A stretch of DNA of 64,000 nucleotides from Octopus vulgaris. Taxonomy: Eukaryota. The notes below the pieces were generated by a model. The model was not told the origin of the DNA, did not search any database, and saw only the letters and a program-made list of their open reading frames with translations. The number at the start of each line of letters is the position of its first letter. Positions within the stretch are counted from its first letter, which is position 1. The DNA lies in contig OX597820.1 of the NCBI GenBank assembly GCA_951406725.2, forward strand, positions 14,198,001-14,262,000, written 5' to 3'. The position numbers and the translations under genes are program-made. Below are positions 27,770-39,867 of this stretch, one piece after another.

Positions 27770-28232
27770 GCACCTTTCAAGCGTTGGGCCGCGTAGAAGC
27801 AATGACAAATGACTGAAACCTTTAGCAATATGCAGTGCTTGAAAAGAAAACCCATCAAACCAAGTGAAATCACAGTTGTGGAAGAAGCTGGTGCCATGCA
27901 AATGGCACCTGTGCTGGTGGCATGTAAAAGCACCCATTGCACTCTTGGAGTGGTTGGCATTAGGAAGGATATTAGGAAGGCTCCTGTGCAGGTGGCATGT
28001 AAAAAGCACCATTTGAGCGTGGCCGTTGCCAATACCGCCTGACTGGCCCTTGTACCAGTGGCACGTAAAAGCACCCACTACACTCTTGGAGTGGTTGGCA
28101 TTAGGAAGGGCATCCAGATGTAGAAATTCTGCCAGATCAGATTGGAGCCTGGTGCAGCCATCTGGTTCGCCAGACCTCAGTCAAATCGTCCAACCCATGC
28201 TAGCATGGAAAGCGGACATTAAACGATGATGA

Positions 28233-28275
<43 letters not shown>

Positions 28276-28789
28276 TGTGTATGTGTGTTTGTGTGTGAAC
28301 CCTTGTAAATGACCTTCATGATCATGCAAGCAAGGGGTTGCTTCTTTCCATTCTTCTGTGAGAAGCACACCTGTTACAGTCTGCATGTGTGTGTGTGTGC
28401 TTGACAATTGGTGTTGGTTTGTTTATATTTCCATAACTTAGCAGTTTGGCAAAAGAGACTGATAGAATAGGACCAGATTTAAAGACATAATATATACTCA
28501 GTTTGATTCGTTCAACCAAAACCCTTCAAACCAGTGCTCCAACATGGCCACGGTCCAATGACAAAACAAGTAAAAGAAGAACAGGAGAGTAAATGAAGAG
28601 TTTAGATAATTGGATAAATGCCATTGTTGATACTCCTAAAGAGATGGGATAGCCATGGTTGGAATGACTTTGACAATATAGCTGCTCAGTCAAGACTGAC
28701 CTGAAGCAACACAATGACAACAGCAGCATTGGAAGATTATAGTTGAAAGGTGTTAATAACAACACACAGGTTGTTCAATTAACATGATG

Positions 28790-30160
28790 TGTAATAACCC
28801 TCATCACATATGAGGTGGAGAGGGGCAGGTCCCTAATGTGGGATGTGACATGCAGCGCCACATTCTCTGGCACCAAACATGCTGCACTGACTGCAAAACC
28901 AAATATTCATCATCATTATCATCTAACCATCAGATTTCCAGGCTGGCATGGGTTAGACCAGTGTTTCCCAAAGTGGGCAGTATTGCCCCACTGGGGGGGG
29001 CAATGGAAAATTCCAAGGGTCATTGAAGAAAAGTGGGGCAATAATGCAGTAGCGATTCATGTAAAAAACAACAAAATAATGGGTTCTTTAGGTTGTGTCA
29101 CTAGCACAGGTACCCTCTATGTGTCACAGGCACGGGTGCCCTTCACGTATCACTGGTACAAGTGCCTTTTACATGTCACTGGCAGGATTCATCATCATCA
29201 TTATCTAACATCTGTTTTCCAGGTTGGCATGGGTTAGACCAGTGGTTCCCAAAGTGGGCAGTATTACCCCACCCCAGGGGCAGTGGAAAGCTCCAAGGAA
29301 GCATTGAAGAAAAGTGAGGCAATAATAGGGTAGTGATTCATGTAAAAATTGGGGTGCTAATAGGGTGGCAATATATGTAAAAACAAAATAATGGGTTCAT
29401 TAGGTTAAATTTTATTTGTGAAATACAGTTGCTTTGAATTTGCTTCAGAAAGAGGTCTATGTGATGGTTAGTTGGGGTGGAGGCACTGGGAATGTGGCCT
29501 GGGTGACAAGGGGGCAGCAGCCCGAAATAGTTTGGGAACCACTGGGTTAGACAGTTTGATTGGAGATAGTAAACCAAGAGCTGCATCTCGCTCCTGTCTG
29601 ATTTAGCTTGGTTTTTATGACTTGATGCCCTTCCTAATGCCAACCACTCCATAGAGTGTACTAGGTTCCTTTCGTGTCACTGGCATGAGTGCCTCTTACA
29701 TGTCACAGGTACAGGTGCCCTTCATGCGTCACTGGCACAGGTACCTTATATGTGTCACTGGCACGAGTGCCCCTTATGTGTCACAGACATGGGCGCTCTT
29801 CACGTGTCACAGGCACGGGTGCCCTCCATGTGTCACAGGCACGGGTGCCCTCCATGTGTCACAGGCACGGGTGTCCTTCATGCGTCACTGGCACAGATGC
29901 CATTCACATGTCACCTGCACTAGGCCACAACTGCCACTGTAATGCAGAAGAGTGAAGAATAAATAAATACAAGGGCCTGACCAGCCACTATCAGTTTGTG
30001 TCAGTCGTCGTTGAAACCTTAGGTGTTCTCAAATCCCTTGCTAGCAATTTCCTCCACAAAATCAGGATAACAGTGGCCCATCCAGGAAATGAGCCCTGCA
30101 TGGTAGAGTGGCTGCTGTAGCAAGAGCCTCTGGCCATTTTCTGTAGCAACACCATTGCAG
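28790..30160 (+). mobile_element. CRE-clade-like RLE retrotransposon relic split by later insertions (28790-28900 and 29930-30160)
   Basis: ITLITYEVERGRSLMWDVTCSATFSGTKHAALTAKP ... CNAEE*RINKYKGLTSHYQFVSVVVETLGVLKSLASNFLHKIR...GNEP..VEWLL*Q..LAIFCSN matches the CRE C-terminus (G+.LVWD.TC..., K..KY..L...Y.F.P.A.ET.G, GDP...FL.QR.S.AI..GN). Confidence 0.75.
29240..29544. mobile_element. hAT (Charlie-like) MITE
   Basis: TIRs cagtggttcccaaa / tttgggaaccactg with a perfect 8-bp TSD ggttagac on both sides. Its left junction is partially duplicated at 28905-29095. Confidence 0.88.
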
Positions 30161-30980
30161 CCACGACTCTGGGTTGCGTCTGAACATGCCATCTGTTTTG
30201 GGGTGTGCAACCCGTTGCTCACCATTCACCATCTTCGAACGCTTACCACTTAAACACCACCATTTTCCTTTTTCCTTTTTTTTTGTGTTTTCTTGTTTCC
30301 TTGTAATTAAATTGTGATTTAATAAAGGCCTGATATTGTAGTTTGAATGAAAACCACAATCTCTACTCGTAACAAGAAGACAATTTTGTCCGTCTACTCT
30401 GTAGAATATTGATTCCTCCGACAGGAGTCTTCAGCATGCCACAAATGGAACAACAGTGTACTTGTTAAACAAACAAACGGCCAAGTTAAGTTAGCTCATC
30501 TCAGAGAATTAACGTTCGTCTTCATCACCAGATAATGGAGCAGGAAGGAGATGGGCTGTAAACTTATTGGGGAAAAATAGAACAAGTTGCAGAGAATTCT
30601 TCTATTGATTCTGTTTTCATTTCTCTATTTGCTCAAAGAAACTGTCACATGATAAGATTATGTACCATTCACTTCTATTGTTCTTGGATATATTAATGAG
30701 GTAACAGCTACTTGGTGGTTTAGCATGCTAGAAATAGCAGTCAAATCTCTCTCTCTCTTTCTCTCAGATAATGGGGAAAATACATTCATTAGATAATGTA
30801 ATTCTAGATATAGATGCAGGGGCTGTATGGTTAAGAAGCTTGCTTTACAATCATGCGGTTTCCGGTTCATTCCCACTGTACAGCACCTTGGACAAGTATC
30901 TATGCTATAGCCTTGGGCAGATTAATGCCCAATGACTGAATTTGGTATGTGGAAACTGTATGGAAGCCTGTTGTGTGTGA

Positions 30981-31016
<36 letters not shown>

Positions 31017-31063
31017 TTGCATGTGTTTGTGTGAGTGTGTATATGTGCGTGTTTGCGTGAGTA

Positions 31064-31325
31064 CGAATATGGCGTAGTGGTTAAGAGCGCGGGCTACTAA
31101 CCCCAAGATTCCGAGTTTGATTCCAGGTAGTGACCTGAATAGTAATGATGATGATGATGATGATAATAACAACAACAACAACATCGAAAAATACCTCAGA
31201 AATTAGAACCCAGGTTCGAAATTTCCCCAAGACACCTGATGAAGGCTGGAGGGTATATCAGCTGAAACATTGTGTTAACAACAAACAAGATGAGGACAAA
31301 TATCCATTAAATGTAAATAATGTGG
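31064..31325 (+). mobile_element. tRNA-headed SINE-like element with a 3' hammerhead (31231-31276)
   Basis: A-box tggcgtagtgg, B-box-like gagtttgattcc, internal (GAT/AAC)n, then GACAC-CUGAUGA-A-GGCUG(GAGGGUAUAU)CAGCU-GAAA-CA-UU-GUGUU and an (aatgtaaat)n tail. Confidence 0.8.
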
Positions 31326-31397
31326 AAATAATAAATTTCTAAATCTCTCAGAGAGATATAAGCAGTAGTGATACAACAAAATAGTTGTATGCTGTCA

Positions 31398-31834
31398 ACT
31401 TAATGTGACAGTCCCATGAAGGGAATAATACTACTGCTATTTAGCCCTAGGAAACAGCACCGCTTCCTGTTGGCCTTGATACATTCCCTGTGTCCTTATG
31501 TTTACAAGGAGGAAATAAGCACCTCCACCTAGAGAGATTTAGAAATGTATTATTTGTATTTTTGAAATCAGTGAATGTATTTCACAAGAATAATTATAAG
31601 TTTACAAGGCCTAGACAAGCATCTTCAGCTAGCATGCCATGCTACTCCAGACTGATGATGAGCAATGACTCAGAAACTAGTCTCTGGATGCAGGCTTAGC
31701 TGGGTGGGGGTGTTTATCTCCCCCTTGTAAACATAAGGAGACAGGAAATGTGTCAAGGCTGACAGGATGTGGTGCTGCTTCCTAGGGTTAAATAGCAGTA
31801 GTATTATTCCCTTCATGGGACTTTCACATTAAGT
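31398..31834. mobile_element. Foldback element with ~135-bp inverted arms
   Basis: 31398-31532 (acttaatgtgacagtcccatgaagggaataatactactgctattt...) is the imperfect reverse complement of 31700-31834. The arms are related to the 21937-22191 element. Confidence 0.88.
31646..31688 (+). ncRNA. Intact minimal type I hammerhead ribozyme motif
   Basis: UCCAGA-CUGAUGA-UGAG(CAAUGA)CUCA-GAAA-CUAG-UC-UCUGGA: 6-bp helix I, canonical core, 4-bp helix II, palindromic helix III (ACUAGU), GUC site with predicted cleavage after 31682. Confidence 0.85.
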
Positions 31835-31879
31835 AAATAATGTAAATAATTAGATAAATAGATGATGATACTAATGATA

Positions 31880-31915
<36 letters not shown>

Positions 31916-32439
31916 GTGGTGAATGGGTTTATGATTTGAGGATAATTTTGTTGCTATTTCTAATACCTACACCAAGTGGATGGAAGAATATTTTCTGTTG
32001 CTTTCAGCATTTTTGCTTGTTGGCTTCACTGGAAATCAGGTTTGATCTCTCCCTCCCTCACACACACACACACACACACACACACGCATACACACACACA
32101 CACATGCACACTAACACATACACACTCAAGCACATAAACACCCACATGTACATATATGCACAAACACATCCCACTAACACATGCACATACATACACACAC
32201 AAAACACATACACACTCAAACACCCATACACACACCAACAAACACACACATGCAGATACACAAACACACGCATACATGTACATATACACAAAAACACATC
32301 CACACCCACACACACATACATACATACACACATGCATATATACAAACACAAACACACATGTACATACACACACACAAGCATACACACAACACATACAATT
32401 ACACACACAATACATACACACAGTTACATATACAAATAG

Positions 32440-32481
<42 letters not shown>

Positions 32482-32624
32482 CAAGGTTTTTGACCCCACC
32501 ACCACAATTCACACCCCAAAATATCACACCCACACACAACACAAAAAGCAAACTGCAATTCTAAGAATATAAATTCCTTTACAGCATTTGATTTCATTAA
32601 AAGTTGTTTAATGCATACTTTTAC

Positions 32625-32706
32625 CTTTTGTGGAGACCCAAAACCCCGACCCTGGACAACCAGGCGCTCCCCCAGTGCCGTGCAACCAGACACCGAATAT
32701 GTCTAT
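32625..32706 (-). other. Candidate small internal exon of an unidentified host gene
   Basis: Non-repetitive GC-rich island. The minus strand has a polypyrimidine tract ttgttttctctctatag, then 82 nt (78 nt with the next AG), then aag|gtaaaa. The product is not recognised. Confidence 0.4.
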
Positions 32707-33781
32707 CTATAGAGAGAAAACAAGTAAATAGACTATTTTGTTTGGGTGTTTTTTTCTTTTTTCCATGTCACCTACATTTTTTTATGGACTTTCATTTTTA
32801 AATTTGTGTTTTTCTTTCTTTTATTTTTACTTTCTTTATATTTGTGTGTATATGTATTATGTATATATATATATGTATAGATATATATATTTGTATGTGC
32901 GAGCACGCATGGGTGTGTTTGTGAGTATATACAGACAAAGAGCGGAAGAGAGACAATGTGGTAAACGATGGCTAGAGAGATAGATAGATAGATAAAGAGA
33001 GACAGACAGATATATATATATATATATATATATAGATATATAGATAGATAGATAGATAGATATACAGACAAGCAGACAGATAGATAGACAGACAGACAGA
33101 TAGATGAATAGATAGAGATAAATAGGTAGACAGACAGATAGATAGATAGACAGATGGATAGATAGATGCATGAATGTATCTATACATATATATATAAATA
33201 TATGTATTTATATAGATATATGCATTCATGTATGCATAATGTACGTATGTATATATGTATGTATATATGAATATATATATATATATATGTATGTATATAT
33301 ATATATATATACACACACATATATATATGATATATACATATATATGATATATATACATATATACACACATACATATATATATACATATATATATGTGTGT
33401 GTGTGATATATACATAGATATGATATATATATATATATATATATGATATATATATATGATGTGAAAGATATATATATAAATTTATATACATACATACATA
33501 CTCGTATATGTATGTATGTATTTTGGTATTTTGTGGTGTGTGTAGTGACTGTGATGGTTAATAGATAGAATTGGTGACCTTATTGAAACTTAGTCTTCCA
33601 ATATACTTCTTTGTACCATCAAAACCCCAGATAAAACAACTGACAAGCAAAATAATTTTGCTTTATAAGGAGAAGTCAGAGTATCCAGGTATGTAGGTCA
33701 CCTTTTAATAAAAGTGGTGTGTGGGTGGATGGGTGTGTGTATGTGTGCATTTATACACATGCACACATAAACACATATGGA

Positions 33782-33846
<65 letters not shown>

Positions 33847-33922
33847 CTATATGTAATATTGTCTGTTCCCTGTTTTCTTTTTGTGATCATTGCCTTATAC
33901 ACACACGCACACACATATCATA

Positions 33923-34750
33923 TCTCTTATATAAAATCCGTTCTGTCTGTCTGTCTGTGTGTGTGGCTTCTAGGATCTTGGGCATCCTCCATACGATTAA
34001 ATTTGATATGTAGATACCGACGGTATCAGGGCGTGTATGAGTCTTGAAAAAATTGCAAAAATCAATTCCAGGTGAGAATGCAATCGATAAAGCTGGGGGA
34101 ACGTGCATTTGAACACGCAAGTACATCAGCTGTTGCGATTGATACTACGCGTACGCGAGAAAAATGCAGGTGCAGTTTGTGCAAAAAAGGCCTACTGGCT
34201 TGAAATAATGCCACAAAATGCAGTATATTTAATTTTCATCAAAAATCGTCCCATGTTGATTTCCTACATGTTTTATTGGATAAACTAATTATTGTCCCAG
34301 GTACGTTCTCATCACTTCATCATGCTTTTCCATCTAGATTTACCTCCAGCTAACCTATTTGCATGCATTGTTTTTGTCCTACTTTTCTTCCGTCGACCTG
34401 TACATAACTGCACCTTCCATTTTTTGTTGTTTTTGTACTGCTTAAAGGCACGTTTCTTTCCTGCCAAGCTTACTGTTTAAACCATATTTGTGTTCTCCCA
34501 GTCAACAGCCTTATCATTACTGGTACTTTAAACTCTTCGGTTGCATATTTGTGTGAATAAAATCGTTTTTCTTTGGAATAGAAAAAAAGTCTATCTTTAT
34601 TTCTTCTTTTGCTGGTGTCTCAAATTTAGGTTAAATCAGTGTTTCTCAAAGGGGAGGCCTATGGGACTGTCGGACAAGTTATTTTGAGAAAATTTGGTTT
34701 AAATGTTTGACAACTCAGCAATGTCTGTTGGACGGGGAGCATTTTGCTCG
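33923..34750 (+). mobile_element. Probable non-autonomous Helitron
   Basis: Starts A|TCTCTTATATAAAA followed by (GTCT)n and ends ...ttttgCTCG|T in an AT context. The 3' end is CTCG rather than CTAG and the terminal hairpin is weak. Confidence 0.55.
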
Positions 34751-35747
34751 TATATATATATATATATATAATGTACATATAAAAAACACACACATACATA
34801 TACATATCAAATCAAATCACAATAAAATGGAAATTGTAGTTGTGGCTGATGTCAGTGCCGCCTAACTGGCTCCTGTGCTGGTGGCACGCAATAAGCACCA
34901 TTCGTGCATGGGTTATTGCCATTGCCCGTACCAATGGCATGTAAAAAGCACCATCCGAACATGGCTGATGCCAAGTCTGCCTGACTGGCTCCTGTGCTGG
35001 TGACATGTAAAAAGCACCCATTCAAAGACTCCGCCGGTTACGACGACGAGGGTCCCAGCTGATACGATCAACGGAACAGCTTGCTCGTGAAATTAACGTG
35101 CAAATGGCTGAGCATTCCACAGACACGTGTACCCTTAACGTAGTTCTCGGGGATAATCAGCGTGACACAGAGAGTGACAAGGCTGACCCTTTGAAGTACA
35201 AGTACAACTCATTTTTGCCAGCTGAGTGGACTGGAGCAACGTGAAATAAAGTGTCTTGCTCAAGGACACAACGCGTCGCCGGGAATCGAACTCACAACCT
35301 TACGATCATGAGCCGAATGCCCTAACCACTAAGCCACGCGCCCTCACTGGAGTAGTTGGCATTAGGAAGGGCATTCAGCTGTAGAAACATTGCCAGATTT
35401 GATTGGAGCCTGGTGTGGCCTCCTGGTTTGTCAGTCCCCAGTCAAACCATCCAATCCTTGCCAGCATGGAAAACAGACGTTAAGCAATGATGATATACAC
35501 ACACATATATACATATATATAAATATATATACATATATACACACATGCATATGTCCATACATATATACATAAATATATATATATAGGCACAGCAGTGGCT
35601 GTGTGGTAAGTAGCTTGCTTACCAACCACATGGTTCCAGGTTTAGTCCCACTGTGTGACACCTTGAGCAAGTATCTTCTACTATAGCCTCGGGCCGACCA
35701 AAGCCTTGTGAGTGGATTTGGTAGGCAGAAACTGAAAGAAGCCTGTC

Positions 35748-35794
<47 letters not shown>

Positions 35795-36627
35795 CATACA
35801 CACATATATATGGGTGTGTGTATGTTTGTGTGCCTGTTTTTGTCCCCACACACACACACACCATCGCTTGACAATCGATGTTGGTGTGTTCAAGTCCCCA
35901 TAATCCAGCGGTTCGGCAAAAGACACTGATAGAATAAGTACTAGGCTTACAAAGAGTAAGTCCTGGGGTCGATTTGTTCGACTAAAGGCAGTGCTCCAGC
36001 ATGGCTGCAGTCAAATGACTGAAAAGAATAAAAGAATATATATACATATATATATCATCGTCATCATCATTTAACATCCACTTTCCATGCTAGCATGGCT
36101 TGGACATATACACACACACACATATATATATATATACACACACACATATATATATATATATTCACATACATACTTATATATATTTAATATACTCATACGG
36201 ACACTCATACATTCCTTACCCCACCATTGAAGCACACCTGTGTGAAATCATTGTAACGGATGCAATTACATGGTTCCCTGCACACACTCACATGACAGAG
36301 ACTCTACCACACTTCCCTACAACCATCCATTGAGCACTTAATGTTCACACATGTAAAAACGCAGCACATAAAGCATCGTCAGGCCTTGCTAGGACCATGT
36401 GGCTCTAGGTTCAATCCTCTTCTGCAGCACCTTGGGCCAGTATCTTCTTCTGGTGCTTCAGGTCGTTAAATTAATAAATATGGCATCAAATAACTCTTCC
36501 AAAGTTTGTCATGTTTTAGGACTTGTAATTCTTGACCTGGTCAATGAAAGTATGTTTCTTGGGCTGCGTGAGGGAGTAAATGAACAATAAATGGCAGATA
36601 AAACAGTTCTATATTTAAGAGATGAGG

Positions 36628-36895
36628 AATTATTTACATTATTTACAGTATTTACATTTGATGGATATTTGTCCTCATCTTGTTTGTTGTTAACACAACA
36701 TTTCAGCTGACATACCCTCCAACCTTCATCAGGTGTCTTGGGGAAATTTCAAACCCGGGTTCTCATTCTTAAGGTATCTTTCGATGTTATTATTATTATT
36801 ATTATCATTATTATTATTATTATTATTATTATCATTATTATTATTGTTATTATCATTATTATTATTATTGTTCAGGTCACTGCTTGGAATTGAAC
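36628..36895 (-). mobile_element. 5'-truncated inverted copy of the tRNA-hammerhead SINE (HHR 36692-36737)
   Basis: Reverse complement of 36950-37235, beginning at the B box. HHR gacac-ctgatga-a-ggttg...cagct-gaaa-tgtt-gtgtt. Confidence 0.85.
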
Positions 36896-36901
36896 CCCCC
36901 A

Positions 36902-37017
36902 GGCATATGGCGTAGTGGTTAAGAGTGCGAGCTAATAACCCCAAGGTTCTGAATTCGATTCCAAGCAGTGACCCGAACAATAATAATAACAACAACAGCA
37001 GCAGCAGCAGCAGCAGC

Positions 37018-37051
<34 letters not shown>

Positions 37052-37059
37052 GCAACAGC

Positions 37060-37090
<31 letters not shown>

Positions 37091-37235
37091 TAGAAAAATA
37101 CCTTAGGAATGAGAACTCAGGTTTGAAATTTCCCCAAGACACCTGATGAAGGCTGGAGGGTATATCAGCTGAAATGTTGTGTTAACAACAAACAAGATGA
37201 GGACAAATATCCATCAAATGTAAATAATGTAAATA
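36902..37235 (+). mobile_element. tRNA-headed SINE-like element with a 3' hammerhead (37138-37183)
   Basis: tggcgtagtgg A box, gaattcgattcc B box, (AAT/AGC/AAC)n spacer, HHR, tail aatgtaaataatgtaaata. Confidence 0.85.
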
Positions 37236-37369
37236 GCATCAATAAAATGGCAGATATTTAGTGGAAGAATTTATTATTGCACATTAAAAACAAACTGTGT
37301 TGGCTTTTACAGTTAACAGCAGCAATAATTACGGACCGGGGAAGAGACACTACTCTGACGATGGTGGTG

Positions 37370-38720
37370 AGGTTATTGATGATAATGATGATGGTGCTGA
37401 TGGTGATGGTGGTGTTGATGTTTCTAATGATGATGGTGATGATGATAATGATGGTGGTGGCAGCGGTGGTATTGGTGGCAGCAGTGGTAGTGGTGGCAGG
37501 TGTGGTAGTGGTGGCAGGTGTGGTAGTGGTGGCAGGTGTGGTGGTGGTGTTGATGATCATGATCAAGATGATGGCAATGATGGTGGCAGCGGTGGTATTG
37601 GTGGCAGCGGTGGTAGTGGTGGCAGCGGTGGTAGTGGTGGCAGCGGTGGTAGTGGTGGCAGCGGTGGTGGTGGTGGTGGTGGTGGTGGTGGTGGTGGTGG
37701 TGGTGGTGGTGATGATCATGATCAAGATGATGGCAATGATGGTGGCAGCGGTGGTATTGGTGGCAGCAGTGGTAGTGGTGGCAGCGGTGGTAGTGGTGGC
37801 AGCGGTGGTAGTGGTGGCAGCGGTGGTAGTGGCGGCAGCGGTGGTAGTGGTGGCAGCGGTGGTGGTGGTGGTGGTGGTGGTGATGATCATGATCAAGATG
37901 ATGGCAATGATGGTGGCAGCGGTGGTATTGGTGGCAGCAGTGGTAGTGGTGGCAGCGGTGGTAGTGGTGGCAGCGGTGGTAGTGGTGGCAGCGGTGGTGG
38001 TGGTGGTGGTGGTGGTGGTGGTGATGATCATGATCAAGATGATGGCAATGATGGTGGCAGCGGTGGTATTGGTGGCAGCGGTGGTAGTGGTGGCAGCGGT
38101 GGTAGTGGTGGCAGCGGTGGTAGTGGTGGCAGCGGTGGTGGTGGTGGTGGTGGTGGTGATGATCATGATCAAGATGATGGCAATGATGGTGGCAGCGGTG
38201 GTATTGGTGGCAGCAGTGGTAGTGGTGGCAGCGGTGGTAGTGGTGGCAGCGGTGGTAGTGGTGGCAGCGGTGGTAGTGGTGGCAGTGGTGGTAGTGGTGG
38301 CAGCGGTGGTAGTGGTGGCAGCGGTGGTAGTGGTGGCAGCAGTGGTAGTGGTGGCAGCGGTGGTGGTGGTGGTGGTGGTGGTGGTGGTGGTGGTGGTGGT
38401 GGTGGTGGTGGTGGTGGTGATGATCATGATCAAGATGATGGCAATGATGGTGGCAGCAGTGGTAGTGGTGGCAGCGGTGGTAGTGGTGGCGGCGGTGGTG
38501 GTGGTGGTGGTGATGATCATGATCAAGATGATGCAATGATGGTGGTGGTGGTGATAGTGATGATGATGATGATTACGATGATGATGATGATGATGATGAT
38601 GACGGTGAAGATGATGACAACAACAGTGATGATAAAAACGACCAGGATGACAATAAAAATGACAACGATAATGATGATGATAATGATGATGATGATGATG
38701 ATGAAGACGTTGATGATATT
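37370..38720. repeat. Higher-order minisatellite built from GGT/GGC/GAT triplets
   Basis: The anchor gatgatcatgatcaagatgatg recurs at about 37552, 37711, 37882, 38023, 38158, 38419 and 38512, separated by variable 18-nt ggcagcggtggtagtggt units and (GGT)n. Confidence 0.95.
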
Positions 38721-39505
38721 GATAATGACTCTAACTTCATCTCTCTCTTCCTTTTTGTTTTTTTTTTATTCAGCATATTTATCTCACATTTCCTTATGAA
38801 TTCTTCACAGTTCTTCACAATCTTTTGCTTGTTCTTTTTGTTTTTTGTTACCTTTTTTTTTTTAAATCTTTTTTTTTTTTGGCATTTGTTACTTCCAATC
38901 TATAACAACCAAGAACAATAGGATTGGTGCTTCGTTTGTAGTGTCATTACTTCAGAGTCTCAAGTTTTGACTTATAAACCATTTCTTCTTAGCACTTAGG
39001 GAGTGGGTTATTTTATTTTTTTTTTTTCTTCTTTCCCTCTTTGTGGTTCTTATACATTAGCAGTATATTGATTGTAGCACCGTACTGCACTATTAGTACC
39101 ATTTTCCATCATCATCAACCATCAACTTTTGTAGGAAATTCTCTATAAAATGGCCATGTTTACTAATGTTTCCTTTATTAAGTTTTGGCTTCGTGTTGTG
39201 TGATGTTCTACACTGGAAATTCTTCTTTGTTGTAAATTTGCCACAAAACTTGACTATTAATTATGGAAACCGTTCTAAGAGCACAGCACAAGGTAAGAGA
39301 ATCAATGCACACACACACATGCGAGTGCATACATGCGTGTTTATGTGTGTGTGTGTATATGTACATGTGTATGTGTATGTGTGTGCGCACACACACATAT
39401 ATATATATATATATTCTTATACATGTGAACATATACATATTTATATTTATATAAATATATATACATAAATTATATATATGTGTATGTATATATATATATA
39501 TGTAA

Positions 39506-39537
<32 letters not shown>

Positions 39538-39538
<1 letters not shown>

Positions 39539-39729
39539 GTTGGAATTTTACAAAATAACAAAAGACGAAGACAGGTGTGTAAACAACAAACAGGTGTATC
39601 AGTTTAATGCTTGGGGAGGTGAGAAAGTTCTTTACATTTCAAGCCTACGCTCTTCAACAGAAAGATAGATGAGAAAAAATAAACAGAGAGAGTATAAAAA
39701 AAGGCTTAGTGGCTAGCAGTCGATCATGG

Positions 39730-39732
<3 letters not shown>
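39538..39732 (-). mobile_element. Short Penelope-like-derived element in (TA)n with an A6U hammerhead (39629-39665)
   Basis: Minus strand ucuuu-CUGUUGA-A-gagc(guag)gcuu-GAAA-ugua-aagaa. Flanked by (TA)n. Confidence 0.75.
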
Positions 39733-39782
<50 letters not shown>

Positions 39783-39867
39783 TATATATTACATATATGC
39801 ATATATATATATACATCTATATGTACATATATACTATATATATGTGTGTGTGTATATATATATATAC

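Noticed and set aside
31064-31140. tRNA-like sequences here and at 36902-36976, 8393-8465, 20693-20765 and 44105-44145
   Set aside because: A and B boxes are present but there is no complete cloverleaf. These are SINE heads.
37552-38535. Regularly spaced anchor repeat resembling a CRISPR array
   Set aside because: The spacers are themselves repeats of each other, the context is eukaryotic, and there are no cas genes.
37258-38799. 500-aa Gly/Ser/Asp and 370-aa His-rich ORFs as structural (beak/cuticle-like) proteins
   Set aside because: Triplet repeats keep four frames open at once. There is no convincing signal peptide, splice context or synonymous-site variation pattern.
39263-39298. Possible first coding exon [10 protein letters not shown]|gtaaga on the plus strand; other lone donors at about 1773, 46550 and 59578
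   Set aside because: Isolated splice-like motifs are expected by chance in 64 kb, and there is no matching exon chain.
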